64,000 nucleotides of DNA. Source: Cyanophora paradoxa CCMP329. Taxonomy: Eukaryota; Plantae; Glaucophyta. The translations under genes and the position numbers were made by a program. The DNA lies in assembly GCA_004431415.1 (NCBI GenBank), contig QPMI01000474.1:1-64000 (forward strand). Direction: 5' to 3'. Below the pieces are notes generated by a model. That model ran no database searches and was not told the DNA's origin. It worked only from the letters and a program-made list of their open reading frames with translations. Positions 34,801-46,983 of this stretch are shown one piece after another. Position 1 is the first letter of the stretch; each line of letters opens with the position of its first letter.

Positions 34801-36618
34801 CCGAAAAGCGGATTTCGGGGGTGCGCAGGCCCTGCTATGTCCATGCGCGCCAGTACGCATCGATTGCGCGCGTCGCGGGACCGGGCGGGACCGGCTAGCG
34901 CTGGATCAAATTTTCGGCCGACTCTTCGCACTGGAGCGTCGACGGCGCTTGAAATCGAGCTTGCGGCGATGCGCTCGCCCTCGCGCGGCATTCTGTATCG
35001 TTCTGGGGCGTCCCTGGCGCGATTTCGTCGCGGGACCGGGCGGGACCGGGTCCCACCTTCTGACTCGGACTGCATTTGTCGGAGGTTAAGTACCGGAATT
35101 GATCCAGAGGGAAATTCGATTTTCGCGCGACGCCCACGGGCGAGCGGTCGTCTTAGGGGAGCCACGACGCTAAAAATGGATCTAGAGAGGTCTGTGGGGG
35201 TTAGGGTAGCTGAGTCATTAGCGGCAATCGCGTCCGTGTCGAGGCAGAATTAATAATTCGTCCTCGAGGGAGTGCGACGCGGAAATTATTTAGCAGGGGG
35301 GATCTTGAGTGGAAAAAAAGGTTAAAAAAGGAATTTATATCGGCGGTTTTTGGGTTTGAGATAAAACAAGATCCGTGCTCCTGCGGAGCACTAAGTACGG
35401 CGAAGCCTCGCGGACGCCCTCGCGGCTGTCACAGTAGGCCTATAGGGCACTCAGCGACTGGCCAGCGAATGCATATAGCATCGATGTGCGGGGCTGCGGA
35501 GGCGAGGGCGCGCGGAAAGATGTGCAGGCGTGGCCAGGATCGAATTTTTGGCGTCGGCTGGGTTGTCGTGCGCTGTCGCGCCCGCAGAGCTCGCGGAAAG
35601 CTTTAAAACGATCTCAAATGCATATTGTAGCGATGCGCTCGCGTGACGATGCGAGGGCGCGCGGAAAGCTCTGAGCATGCGCCGCGGCGTGGGCGCGCGG
35701 AAAGATGTGCAGGCCCGTTCAGGATCGAATTTTTGCGTCGGCTGGGTTCTCGTGCCCTGTCGCGCCCGCAGAGCTTGCGAAAAGCTTTAAAAAGATCTCA
35801 ACTGAATACTGTAGCGATGCGCTCGCGTGAGGATGCGAGGGCGCGCGGAAAGATGTGCAGGTCCGTGAAGGATCGAATTTTCGGGGTCGGCTGGGTCCCC
35901 GCGGTCCGGCGCATCTGTAAAGCGTGCGGAATGCTTTGTCTACATCTCAAATGCTTATGCTATCGTTCCGCGCATGCGCCGCGGCGTGGGCGCGCGGAAA
36001 GATCTCCGGGCCTGTCTAGGATCGAATTTTTGCCGTCGGGTACCTTCCTGCGCTCTTCCGGCTCCGAAAAGCGGATTTCGGGGGTGCGCAGGCGCTGCTA
36101 TGTCTATGCGCGCCAGTACGCATGGATTGCGCGCGTCGCGGGACCGGCCGGAACCGGCCGGATCAAATTTTCGGCCGACTCTTCGCACTGGAGCGTCGAC
36201 GGCGCCCGAAATCGAGCTTGCGGCGATGCGCTCGCCCTCGCGCGTCATTCTGTATCGTTCTGGGGCGTCCCTGGCGCGATTTCGTCGCGGGACCGGGCGG
36301 GACCGGGTCCCACCTTCGGACTCGGACTGCATTTGTCGGAGGTTAAGTACCGGAATTGATCCAGAGGGAAATTCGATTTTCGCGGGATGCCTACGGGGGA
36401 GCGGTCGTCTTAGGGCAGCTACGACGCTAAAAATGGATCTAGAGAGGTCTGTGGGGGTTCGTGTGGCTGAGTGACTAGCAGCAATCGCGTCCGTGTCGAG
36501 GCAGAATTATTAATTCTGCCTCGAGGGAGTGCGACACGGAAATTATTAAGCAGGGGGGATCTTGAGTGGAAAAAAAGGTTAAAAAAGGAATTTAGATCGT
36601 CGGTTTTTGGGTTTGAGA
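28872..36618 (-). mobile_element. Head-to-tail array of five non-autonomous Helitron-like units with internal ~149-bp monomers
   Basis: Units 28872-30476, 30477-32069, 32070-34181, 34182-35361, 35367-36618. On the minus strand each starts TCTCAAACCC and ends with hairpin GTGCTCC-GCA-GGAGCAC + GGAT-CTTG. The array starts and ends exactly at unit boundaries. The tandem structure is certain; the Helitron assignment is inferred. Confidence 0.62.
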
Positions 36619-36682
36619 AAGAGGCTTCGCCTGAAAGAGGCTTCGCCTGAAAGAGGCTTCGCCTGAAAGAGGCTTCGCCTGA
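36617..36682. repeat. 16-bp tandem repeat x4
   Basis: GAAAGAGGCTTCGCCT at 36617, 36633, 36649, 36665, abutting the array terminus. Confidence 0.93.
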
Positions 36683-36996
36683 TGCTCAGCGGCGGCGAGT
36701 CGCCGGCGACTCACTGCGGCCGCACTGCGGCAGACTCGCCGGCACTGCCCGGCAGTGCGCGCGGCGCACTGTGCACAGTCTGCACTGCGGCAAGCTTAAG
36801 CGCACTGGCAGCTCAGCAGCGCTCTAGATCTACAAGCCTGTTGAAGCTATAGCCTAGGCCTAGGAGGCTAGGCATGCGCAGCTGCAGCTGTCACAGTCAT
36901 CGGATCTGGTGCGTGCGCGCCGGCGCCCTTCTCAGGCTGGTGCACTTTCCAACATTGACATTCAGTTGCGGCGCCTGCGGCTGCCGTCGCGTTTAG

Positions 36997-37875
36997 ATGG
37001 TGCCCACTTCTATGGAGGGTCTTCGCATTCCCCCGTTTTCGAGCGCGAGCAACAGCCGCTGCGAGACGCCCATCGCGTTGGAAAGCGATTCCGAGAACTG
37101 CTCGTTCATGATCAGCCGATCGATATCGCTACAGAACAAGCCCACCGCATCTCCTCTGGCGCGGCTTTTTAAGGCGCTCAACACAGTCGCACACAGCGAG
37201 GCGCTGGCGTCTCCACCTCTGAGCCCCCGGTCCGAGCCCGAGGAGCCGTCGCCAGCTGCAGTACAAGTGCGCGTGCGCGACTCGGCGGACGCAACGGCGC
37301 ATGCGCAGTCGGCCAACGTGAGTTGTCAATTTCGCGTCAAATTCCGCATAGCGCGCGCGGGGCCTCCCGATGCTGACCCGTGATTACAGCAGGGCATCGT
37401 TCAACATGCACATGCAGGCGCGGCGCGCCGGCGCAAGTCCATCGGGGCCGACGCGCAGGCGCCGGCCTCGACGGGCGACCTGCGCGTGAGCCTCGCAAAG
37501 CGCAACCTGCAGCGGCGCTCCTCCATGCCCTCGGCGCTGGCCCCGCCGGGGCCCGCGGACTCGGGAATGCACGGCAGCATCTCTCTGCCGGCGAAGCGCA
37601 CCGCCGAGGCGGAGGCGCCCCCCGCTGCCTCCCTCGTGCCCGTCGCAGCCCTGGAAATTCCCCTCCGGGCACCCAACGGCCGCGACGCCCGGGCCGTCTA
37701 CTGTGCGACCGCTGTTGAAATCTTACTTTCGATCTTACGTCGCCTCGGTTTCACAATTGGGCGCAGGGACGTCGGACCCCGCGTGCTACGCCTTCTCGGA
37801 GCAGTACAAGCGGCGACGCTTTTCACTTCCCTCGGTGTCAGCATGACAAGTCCGATCCGCCAGCTAGCAGTATAG
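36997..37875 (+). CDS. Orphan two-exon gene, paralog A (unknown function)
   Basis: MVPTSMEGLRIP...QSAN | intron GTGAGT(37318)...CTGAC...CAG(~37389/37392) | GIVQHAHAG...LRRLGFTIG...*. Highly similar to the inverted copy at 46984-47973, with many third-position differences. Confidence 0.6.
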
Positions 37876-38496
37876 CTATAGCGCTAGCCCCGCAGCTTAC
37901 ATATATAGAATTACATAGGCTTCTTCAGCGGATTGGCGATTGCCGACGTCTTCGACTTCGCGCTCGTCCATTTCATTTTAAAGGTGATATAGACATTCCC
38001 CAAAAATTTCTAGTTCGCGATCGGCAACTAATTTAATGATCCACATTTGAATTTTACTGGTGCAGTTTGAACCCAATTAATACCGCAGTTTGTATACTAG
38101 GTACAGATCTAGATGTACATGACATTAGGTGAACGTGCAAATATAATTGTGCATGTTTTCGTCAACTATCATCCAGTATACGTATGTTTGCAGAAGTTCC
38201 CGTGCACGTAGTGGGCGTTTCGCAAGTGCGCCCGACAGCGACGAACAATCAAATTAACAGAGGTGCTGCTAATTCGATGGCGACCGTTTTCAATCCCTCG
38301 CAGGAGCCTCGCCGATGTTTCTACATGCATATGTATGCGCATGTGAGTGTATTACTGCAAATCGGAATTGAAGGGAATCCGAAGATCGAAACCGGAGTAC
38401 TAAAACAGGTCAGGCTGGAGTGCTGCCGGGCAGTCGCTATGGGGTCTCTGGGCGTCTCTCGTCGCCGTTTCACCGGCTTAGTGCACCTCGCCGCCA

Positions 38497-41400
38497 TCAG
38501 GCGTAGACGGAGGGCGGGGTCGGCGCCATCGTGACCCGCGGCCGCTCGGGATGCGCCGACGCCATCGCCCTGCCCCACTCCTGTGCCAGCTCCGCCGCCC
38601 GCCCCGCCTGGCTCGCGTCGTAGCTGCCGTGCCGGCGTCGGCGCTGGCGCCAACGCGGCCGCGGCCGGGCGGGCGCGGCCGGCTCGCGAGACGGCCCAGG
38701 GCGGACCTGGCGAGGAGTATGGCGTCGCCGTAGTGCCCGCCGGCCACGCAGGCCGCCTGCGGACGGCGGGCCCGGGGCTCGAGGAGGGGCGGGGGCGGGG
38801 GCGGGGGCGGGGGCGGGGGCGCACGAGGGCGAGGGAGGGGTCCCCGGAGAGCGTCGCCGCGATGCGCGCGTCCTCCAGCAGCCGCCGCTGCGGCCCGGCC
38901 CCGCCCGCCTCGGCGACGGCGGCGGGGCCGGGGCGGGGGCCGGGGGCGAGGGGACCTGGACGAGGCGGGCGTAGAGGGCGCGCAGCTCGCCGGCGCGAGC
39001 CGCCCGGTCCCGCGCCAGGTGCACCGCCTGCCACCGCGCCGCCCTGCGCGCCGGGCCGGCGGCGTCAAGAGGCGGGCGGTGCGGGCGGGGCGGGCGGGCG
39101 GGGGGAGGAAGGGGAGGGCACTGGGGCGAGAGGCGGGCCGCGAGGTCGTAGGCGAGGTCCGCCACGGCGCCGGCGCCCTTCTTCGCCGCCGCCTCGCCTG
39201 CCCCGCCCGCCCGCCCCGCGTCGAGAGAGCGCGGGGCGCGGGGCGCGGGGCGCGGACCGAGGCGGAGGTAGGCCTGGGAGGCGCGCTCGGAGAGGGGCGT
39301 GGCGTGGGGCACGAGGAGGTCGGCGGCCCAGGCCTCGGCGCGGGCGCCCGGCTCGGGCGGGCGGGGCGGGGCGCCGCCGCGCAGCACGAAGAGGTCGCCG
39401 TGGAGGGCGTGCAGCGCGTTGGCCGCCTCGGCTACCAGCCCGTGGCGCAGGCAGAGCTCGAAGCGGGCCCAGACGGTCAGCCGCGAGAGGCGCGCCGCCG
39501 CCCGCGCCAGGCCCCGCCCCGCCATGAACCACGCGAACGATTCCTGCCGGCGGGACGAGGGGCGTGAGGCGGGGCCGGCGGGCGGGGCGGGGCGGGGCGC
39601 CTGCTCCTCGGGGTACGGAGGCCCTCCTCGGCCATGCGGAGGGCCGGCGCGGGGCGCCCCGCCGCGTTCGCCGCCGCGATGCGCGCCTGCCGGCCCCGCC
39701 TCAGCGAAGCAAGGCGGAGGCCGAGGCCGCTTGGGGGAAACGCGCCTGGAGGGGCGGGTGCAGGAAGGGGATGCAGTGCAGTCGGTAGAAGACGTCGGCA
39801 ACGACGAGCACTGGAGGTGGGGATTGAGAAGGGGGTACGGCGAATGCCGGAAACGCGAGCGCGTACCCCGGTCCTGGAGGACGGCGACGAGGGCGAGGGC
39901 GCCGTAGGGTCGCTCGGCGACGCGGAGGCGGCGGAAGGGCGGGGCGGGGGCCTCGCTGGGGGCGGAGGAGGGGGAGGCAGGGGGCGGGGCCGGGGCGGGG
40001 GCGAAGGCGGCGGCGCGGGCGGGCCCTTCGTAGAACGCCTCGTCGAGCTCGGCGGCCGTGGGCGGCGCCGGCCGCCCCGCCGCCCCGCCGGGCGAGGAGG
40101 CGGAAGCGGAGGGGGCCGGGGCGAGCGGGTCGGGGCCCAGGGCAGCGGCGACGGGATCCGCCGAGGCGATCCGAACCCGCAGCGGCTCCCGCTCCGCCGC
40201 GGGGAAGAGGATGCTGCGAGGGTACATTCGCGGAGGGAAAAAGGAGGGGGGGAGGGGGGGGGGATGAGGCAGATGGGTACCAGATGTCGCGGGGGGTACA
40301 GTAGAAGAGGACGTGCCCGTGCCACAGGGCGCTCTCCGCCCGCTCGGGGACCTGGGGTTAGGGGTTCGGAAAGGGGGTACATTGATTTCGAGGGGGCGGG
40401 GGTACCTGGCACAGGACGCTGTAGGAGCCCTGGGAGAGGGACAGGATGATGAACCGGGAGGGGTACGCCATCAGGCAGTAGCTGCTCGGCGGCGTCAAGA
40501 GGGGCCTCGACCCGCGGGGGGCGGGTGGAAGGGGAGGGGGGTACCGGAGCGAGGGGTCCCACTTTATGAAGCGCGGCTCGGGGAGGAGGGGGAAGGGGAG
40601 GGGGCCCTGCCGCTCGTCCACCGCCTTCGAGGCGCGCGTGAGGACCGGGCGGGGGTACGGCCTGCTCCGAGGGGCGGGCACCTTGCCGTTGTTCCAGCTG
40701 AAGAAGGCGAAGCGGTTCTCGGCGAGGGGCGCGCCGGGGGCGGCGGTCTGCGGGGCCGGCGGGCCGGCCGCCGCGGGCGCGGGGCCGAGCCGGAGCCCGA
40801 GGCCTGGGCCTGGGCCTGGGCCTGGGGGCGGCGGGGGCGGCGGGGGCGATGTCGAGGCCGAGGCCCAGGAGGAAGCCGCCGTGGAGCGAGTGCGCGGGGA
40901 AGCGCGAGGCCGCCGTCACCGGCCCCTCCGACAACCTGGCCCCGCCCGTCCCCCGGTCAGCAGGCGGGGCGCGGGGGCACGGCGCCGGGAGGCGGGGCGG
41001 GGCGGGGCGGGCCCGGAGGGGCTGTTGCCGGCGTCCTTGATTGCCACGATCCCGCCCTGCGCGGCCTCAGCGCGAACCAACAGAGACGGGGGAGAGGGCG
41101 GAGCCATCATAGCACAAGAACCCAAAGTCCCCGAAAGCCATCTATGCAAAACCAGAGGCGGAGGAGGCGGGGCGGGCGCGCCTTGACGACGCGGGTCTCC
41201 TCGACGCGCTCCTTCTTCTTCTCGCGCCCCAGCAGCCCCTTCTTCACCTGAGCGCGGGCTTGAGCGGGGCGCCGGCGCGAGCCGCGGCAGCAGCAGAGGC
41301 GCCGCGAGGCTATGGATAACTCTGGCTGCAGAGCTCTAGAGCTAGATAGAGGTCGGGCTCCAACCGCCACCCCCACTGTAACTCTAACTCTTTGCTGGGG

Positions 41401-44069
41401 CGGGGCCGGGGCCGCGCCTCCTCGACGACCTTGCGCTCGACGACCTCGCCCCGCAGCGCGTCCAGGACCGCGTACTTGTCCCCGGCTGCCGGCACGAGGG
41501 GGCCGGCGTCAGGGGCGGCGGGCGGGGCCGGGGAGGGGCGCACGGCCGGCGCCCCAGCCGGAGCCGAGGGAGAAGGCCACCGCCTCGGCCGTCCCCTCCG
41601 CCACCACCTGCGCCCACCGCCTCGGCGGCCGCTCGGCTGGGCGGGGCGGGGCAGGAGAAGCGGGGCGGGCGGGCGGGCGGGCGGGCGGGCGGGCCTTGCC
41701 GTCGGAGAGGCGGGCGATGCGGTAGGCGCGGTCGTCGAGCGAGTGCACCAGCAGCAGCTGCCCCGACGCCGACAGCTGCCGCGGCCGGGCCCCCGCCCTA
41801 GGCTCAGGGAGGGGGGTAGGGGGGGGGAGGGGAGGTAGGGGGGGTAGGGGAGGGACCTCGGCCTTGGCGGCGCCGAAGCCGCCGGACTGCTGGGGCCCCT
41901 CCGCTCCGGCCCCGCCCCCGCCCCCGAAGAGCTCCGCCACGATGTGCGGCGCCTCCTCCTTCGCCTCCGCCTGCCCCCGCCCCGCACTCAGAGGGGCTCG
42001 TTCGCCGGCGCAGGGCGGGTAGCGGGGGCTCGCCAGGACGAGGAGGGGCAGGGGCGAGTCCCCCGCGTGCTGCGACGTCACCGTCACGCTCGCGTGTACC
42101 CCCAGCGCCTTCCCCGACGGGTTGTAGTCTGTTGGGGGTACACGTCAGCTCGGGCCGGGGCCCGGGGGGGGGTAGACGCGCAGTAGAGGGTGAGGGGGTG
42201 CCGCTGGACGGGGGGCGAGGCGGCGGGGAGGCCCCCGGGGACTGGGGGCGCCCCGTACTGGCCGTACCCCCCCGCGCCCTGGGTAGAGGTGCGGTCGGGG
42301 AAGAAGCCGGGCTCCAGGGGCGTCGCCACGAAGGGGGCCCTGAGGGGGTACAGCGAGCCTCGACGATGGTACAGGCGGAGCGAGGCTCAGCTGAGCGGGG
42401 CGGGGCGGGGCGGGGCGGACGCGGCGGTCTCGAGGGAGAGAAGGGCGGCGCCGGTGGTGGTGCCGACTAGGAAGAGGTTCGAGAGCGTCGGGTGCACCGC
42501 CCCGCACGTCACGCGGAAGGACTGCCCCGCGCCGGGCGCCCCGGCCGGTCAGAGGGCGCCCCCGCCGCGGCCTCCGCGAGCGCGGCGGCCCTGGCGGGCG
42601 GACCTTCTTCAGCTCGTCGGGCTTGGCGGAGGGGGGCACCTGGCCCGCCTCCCCCAACAGCTCCAGCACGTCGAACGCCCTGGGAGGGATGTTTGCAAGG
42701 GGTACGGGGTTGGGGCGGGGAGGGGGGCGGAGAAGCGCACCGGAAGCAGTCGGAGAGCTGCTCGTCGTAAGGGCCTACACAGGAGCCGCAGCGCTGCGCG
42801 AAGGAGGGGGGGGGGGGGGGAGTGAGGGGGGTACGGCGCCTCGAGGGGGGCGCGGGGGGTACCGGGTAGGAGAGGTAGGCGGTGGGGCGGCGGGCGAGGA
42901 GGAGGAGGGTGCGGCGGGGGAAGCGCGGGTGGAAGAGGCAGCGGGCGGCCGCGAAGGACTTCTTCCCCCCCGTCTTTACCCGGTCGATCTCCCGGGACTG
43001 GTCCTGCGGGGGGTACGCGGTTCGTCGGCGCGGGAGGGGTACGCGAGTAGAGGAGAGGAAGCGCGTGGCGCGCGCACCGCGGCGAGGGCGCCCAGACGCC
43101 AGAACACGACCGTGCTGCGTGTGGGGGAGAGGGGTCAGGGGGGCGGGCGGGCGGGGGGTACGCGGGGCGCACCGGTCCTCGCCGGTGGAGACGAGGGCGT
43201 CCATGACGGGGTGGTAGTCGAGGCTCAGTACCCCCCCGGGGTGCGCGGCGGCGACGGTGAAGCGCGGGGCGAAGGTGGCGCCGTCGGGCTGGAGGCCCCA
43301 GACGCAGAGGGAGCCGTCGGCGGCGGCGGTGGCGAGGTCCGAGGGGCCGGCCTCGGAGGGGACGGCGAGGAGGGCCGTGAGGGACTTGGACTGGTGCGCG
43401 CCCGCCATCTTCTGCGGCAGGAGCGCCATCTTCTCCACGTCGAAGACCCGCAGCGCCCCGTCCCCGCCTGTTTGTGGCTCAGCGGCGCCGTGGCGACTCT
43501 GGCGAGGCGCGGGGCGGGGCGGCGGGGGCGCGGGCGCGGGCACATGCGAGGGCGATCCAGGGGTGCGAGGGGACGAGCTCGAGGGCCACGACGCCGCCGC
43601 AGCCGGAGAGCGAGGCCTCCACGCTGGCGCGCGCCGCGTAGTCGTAGAAGTGGAGCTTCGAGTCCGACGCCACGACGACGTGCCGCGCGTGCAGCGGCGC
43701 CCCCGCCACCGAGAGCGGCACCCGGCCCGCCGCGGGGAGGCCCTGCCGGAGCCGCTGCGCGTGCCGGAGGGTCGGGCGCGGCGCGGCGGCCGCGCGGACG
43801 GGGAAAGCGGGCACCTCCTTCTTCCGGCGCCAGCGCACGACGTCCAGGTCCCGGAAGACGGCGACGCGGGCCGTGGACTTGTCGCCGAGGTCCTGGAGCA
43901 CGAAGTCGGCAACCTGCTTGCGCGCCTCGTAGTCGTAGACGGCCACCCGGCCTTTCTCATCGACCGTGCACAGCAGCGGCGCGGTCGGGTGCGCGTCCAG
44001 GCAGGCGACGCCCGCCTGCGTCCGCACGAACGCCGACAGCGTCACGCTGAACGGCGGCGAGTGCGCCAT
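38497..44069 (-). CDS. TSET/TPLATE complex WD40 subunit (TWD40-2/TTRAY-like), multi-exon
   Basis: MAHSPPFSVTLSAFVRT...LDAHPTAPLL...VFRDLDVVRW, GDGALRVFD, AHPGGVLSLDYHP, FHPRFP, and C-terminal AATLSGDPSLAL|AACVAGGHYGDAILLAR...LAQEW match my recollection of plant TWD40-2 architecture (WD40 propellers plus helical solenoid). Confidence 0.75.
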
Positions 44070-44232
44070 GCTACTGCTCTCGCCGTTGGCGCACTCCGAA
44101 GGCCCCGGTCGCGCCTGCAAGAATATGTGCGCCGTACCCCTGTGCAGCGAGTTCCGAGTTCGCAGTTCGCGGCCAGGATCGCCGCACCCGCCGCGCCCGG
44201 AGCGCCCGAAAGCCTGCCTTGTTCCTGTAGAC
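44070..44232. promoter_or_regulatory. Putative bidirectional promoter (TWD40 / F-box)
   Basis: 163 bp between divergent ATGs; inferred from geometry. Confidence 0.45.
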
Positions 44233-46408
44233 ATGGTTCCCGGCGTCGGCCAAGGCAAGCCCTCCGCGGCTGATCATCAGGAAGCGGCCGACGCGCCGCC
44301 GGCCAACGAGCTCGAGGGGGGCGAGTGGCCCGGGCTCGATGATCTGCCGGACGGCATCCTGGCTCAGATCCTGGAGCTTCTCGGCTTCTACGACGCCGCA
44401 AAGGCCCGAGGTGTCAGCCGGACCTGGCGGGCAATCATCGACGCGGTGGAGTGGCGGGCGTTCGACGTCGTGCTCGACGTGCGCGCGGCCTCTCCGCTTC
44501 GGATCCGCGCGCCGCCGGCCGACCCCGCGGGGCCGCGTACGCATGCGCAGGTCCCGGCCGACTACGACCTGGACGTGCGGAATCCGCGGCCCCTCGTCTG
44601 CGTGATGAAAGACGACCCTCGAACGGAGCTCCTCGAAGCCCTGACCAAGATGCTGGGTGGGCGGCCCCGCCTGCTCCCGCCCGCGCGCGTGTTCGCCCGC
44701 GGCCCTCCGCCGACGCGCGCGCACACACACAGTCTCGGGCCGCCTCCGCCTCGCCGAGGGCTCCGCCGTCTTCATCGGCTGCGCCGGCGCGCCTTCCCCG
44801 CCCCGCCCCGCCCCGTCCCCGCCCGCCGGCGCCGCCCGCGGCCCCCTGCTGATCGGCCTCGCCCGCCAGAGTTCGACCGGGGCGGGCGGCTCCGGGCGGC
44901 GCAGCTCGCGGAGTCGACGGCAGCCTTCATCGCGGCGCTGACGTCACGGGGCCTGCGGAGCCTCGGCATGGGCGGCTTCCGCGCACTGACCCCCTACATC
45001 CTCACCCAGCCCGTCCTGGACCCGCTGGAGTGCCCCCCGGAGCGGGCGGCCCCGGGGCGCCACCGGCCGGACGCGGTGCGGGAATTGACGGTGACGCCCT
45101 TCCCGCGCCCGGGGCCCCTCGAGGAGTACCCCTTCCGGCCCTACCTGGGCGACGACATCCTGTGCGCCATCCTGCGCCCCTTCACCGCCCTCGAGTCCAT
45201 CCGCTCGCCCCACATCGACATCGACGGCCCCGGTGCGAGGGACGGACGCGCGCATGCGCCGAGGCCCCGCCCCTCCCCCCGCGGCTGAGGGCGCCGGCGG
45301 CAGCGGCGGGGGCGCTGGCGGCGACGTTCCCGACGCTGCGGCGGCTCCAGCTGGGCTCCCGCGACGAGAGCTTCCTGCCCCGCCTCGCGGCGCTGCGCCT
45401 GGAGGAGCTAGAGCTGGTCGTGCCGCCCGGGCCGACCCTCGCCGCCGCCCTCGCCCAGCTCGCCGACGGCACGCCGGCCGCCGCCTCCCTCCGCTCCCTC
45501 CGCGCGTCCGCCCGCCCCGCCCACCCTCCCGCCCCGCCCCTCGCCGGCCTCGCCTTGAGCGGCGCCCGCCCCTCGGGCAGGGCGCGGCCGGGGCGGCCGC
45601 GGGAGGACGCGTTTCCCTTCACGGCGTTCCAGCTGGGCGCGCTGGCCGGCCTTCAGGCCCTCGAGACCCTCGACCTCACCGTCCTCGTCCGCCCCCGCGC
45701 CCGCCCCGCTCGCCCCGCCCACCCCGCCCGCGCTTAGCGGCGGCCTGGGCGGTGCAGCTCGTGCCGGACCACCGCGCGCGCGGCCGGGACGCCGCCGCCC
45801 TGGGGCGCGCCCCTCGCCTCCGCGCCCTCCGCCTCTCCCTCTCGCCCGGTCCGCCCGCCCGCCGGCCCTCGCTCCCTCGCTCCGCCTCGCCCGGCGGGCG
45901 GGCTCTGAGGCGGCTGCAGCGCGGGAGGACCTGGTGGCCGGCGTGGCCGCCGCCCTCGGCGAGGGCGGCCTCCCCTCCCTCCGCCGCCTCGACCTCGCCC
46001 TCAGGATCGGTGCCCGCGCGCCCCTCCCCGCCCGCGCCCGGCCGCGCGCCGCCGGCCCACGCTCGGCGCAGACCAGGCGGGCGGGGCGGAGGGGCGGGCG
46101 GCGCTGCTGCGGGCGGCCGGGGCGCGCCTGGCCGCGCTGGAGCTCCGGTCCTCGCACGGGCTGGAGCCGGAGGAGGCGCGGGCGGTGCTGGCGGCGCCGC
46201 GCGGGGCGGAGCTCGCGCTGGAGTGCGCGGCGCGCTCGGAGGGGACCTGGAGGGCCTGCGCGAGCTCGCGGCCGGCGGCTACGCCGGCGCGCTGCTCGTG
46301 CGCGCCGCCGGCGAGCTCGCCTCCGCCGCCCGCGCCGCCGTCTCCGCCATCCCCGCCGCCGACGTCGCCGTCGCCGACGCGGGGCCACCCGTCACGCGCC
46401 GCCTCTAG
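44233..46408 (+). CDS. F-box protein with degenerate LRR-like C-terminus (multi-exon)
   Basis: F-box LDDLPDGILAQILELLGFYDAAKARGVSRTWRAII; LRR-like FTALESIR, FPTLRRLQL, LQALETLDL, LPSLRRLDL; stop TAG 46408. Confidence 0.8.
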
Positions 46409-46983
46409 GCGAGACGTAGTCCCCGCCCCCCGGGCCCTGGCCTCCGCTATGCAGACCTGGCCTGCAGAGCGATCCTCCAGCGTTTGCCCGCGAAACTCGC
46501 AAATAGTCCGACGATTTTTTGCTAATTCAATTGCGAAATCTAGAATACGCCTCTGAGTCCAAATAAATTCAATAGTAGCCTGAAGAGCTTGCACATGCTG
46601 TCGAAATGCAAGTACTCATACATTGTGACGCCAGCTTGAGCTCGCGAAGAATACATGGAATTAAGCGTGCAAAGAAACAACATGTACAGTACTAGTAATT
46701 TATAAATTGCGAATCCGAAGTTGCGATCGCGAGCATTCATGGAGTCTCGGAGCAAGGAACGTGAAAGCGAAAGTTGAAAGGTTTCTGATAAGTATACAGG
46801 CCAAAAACCTTGACTCGCTTTCTTGAACTATTGACTGAGTGATCTAGATCTAAGAGTTTAGCTTGTTGTGGTCGCTTCTTCTCGACTCAATAATTCAAAC
46901 TGCAATTGGGCTCTATGTAAATGAAATCTCTAGACTATTTAAATCACGAATACTACATTCGAGGAATCTAAATGCGTGTGACG

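Noticed and set aside
28872-36618. Protein-coding ORFs or rDNA within the tandem array
   Set aside because: ORFs are not conserved in frame between units and carry frequent indels; no recognisable rRNA, 5S or tRNA motifs.
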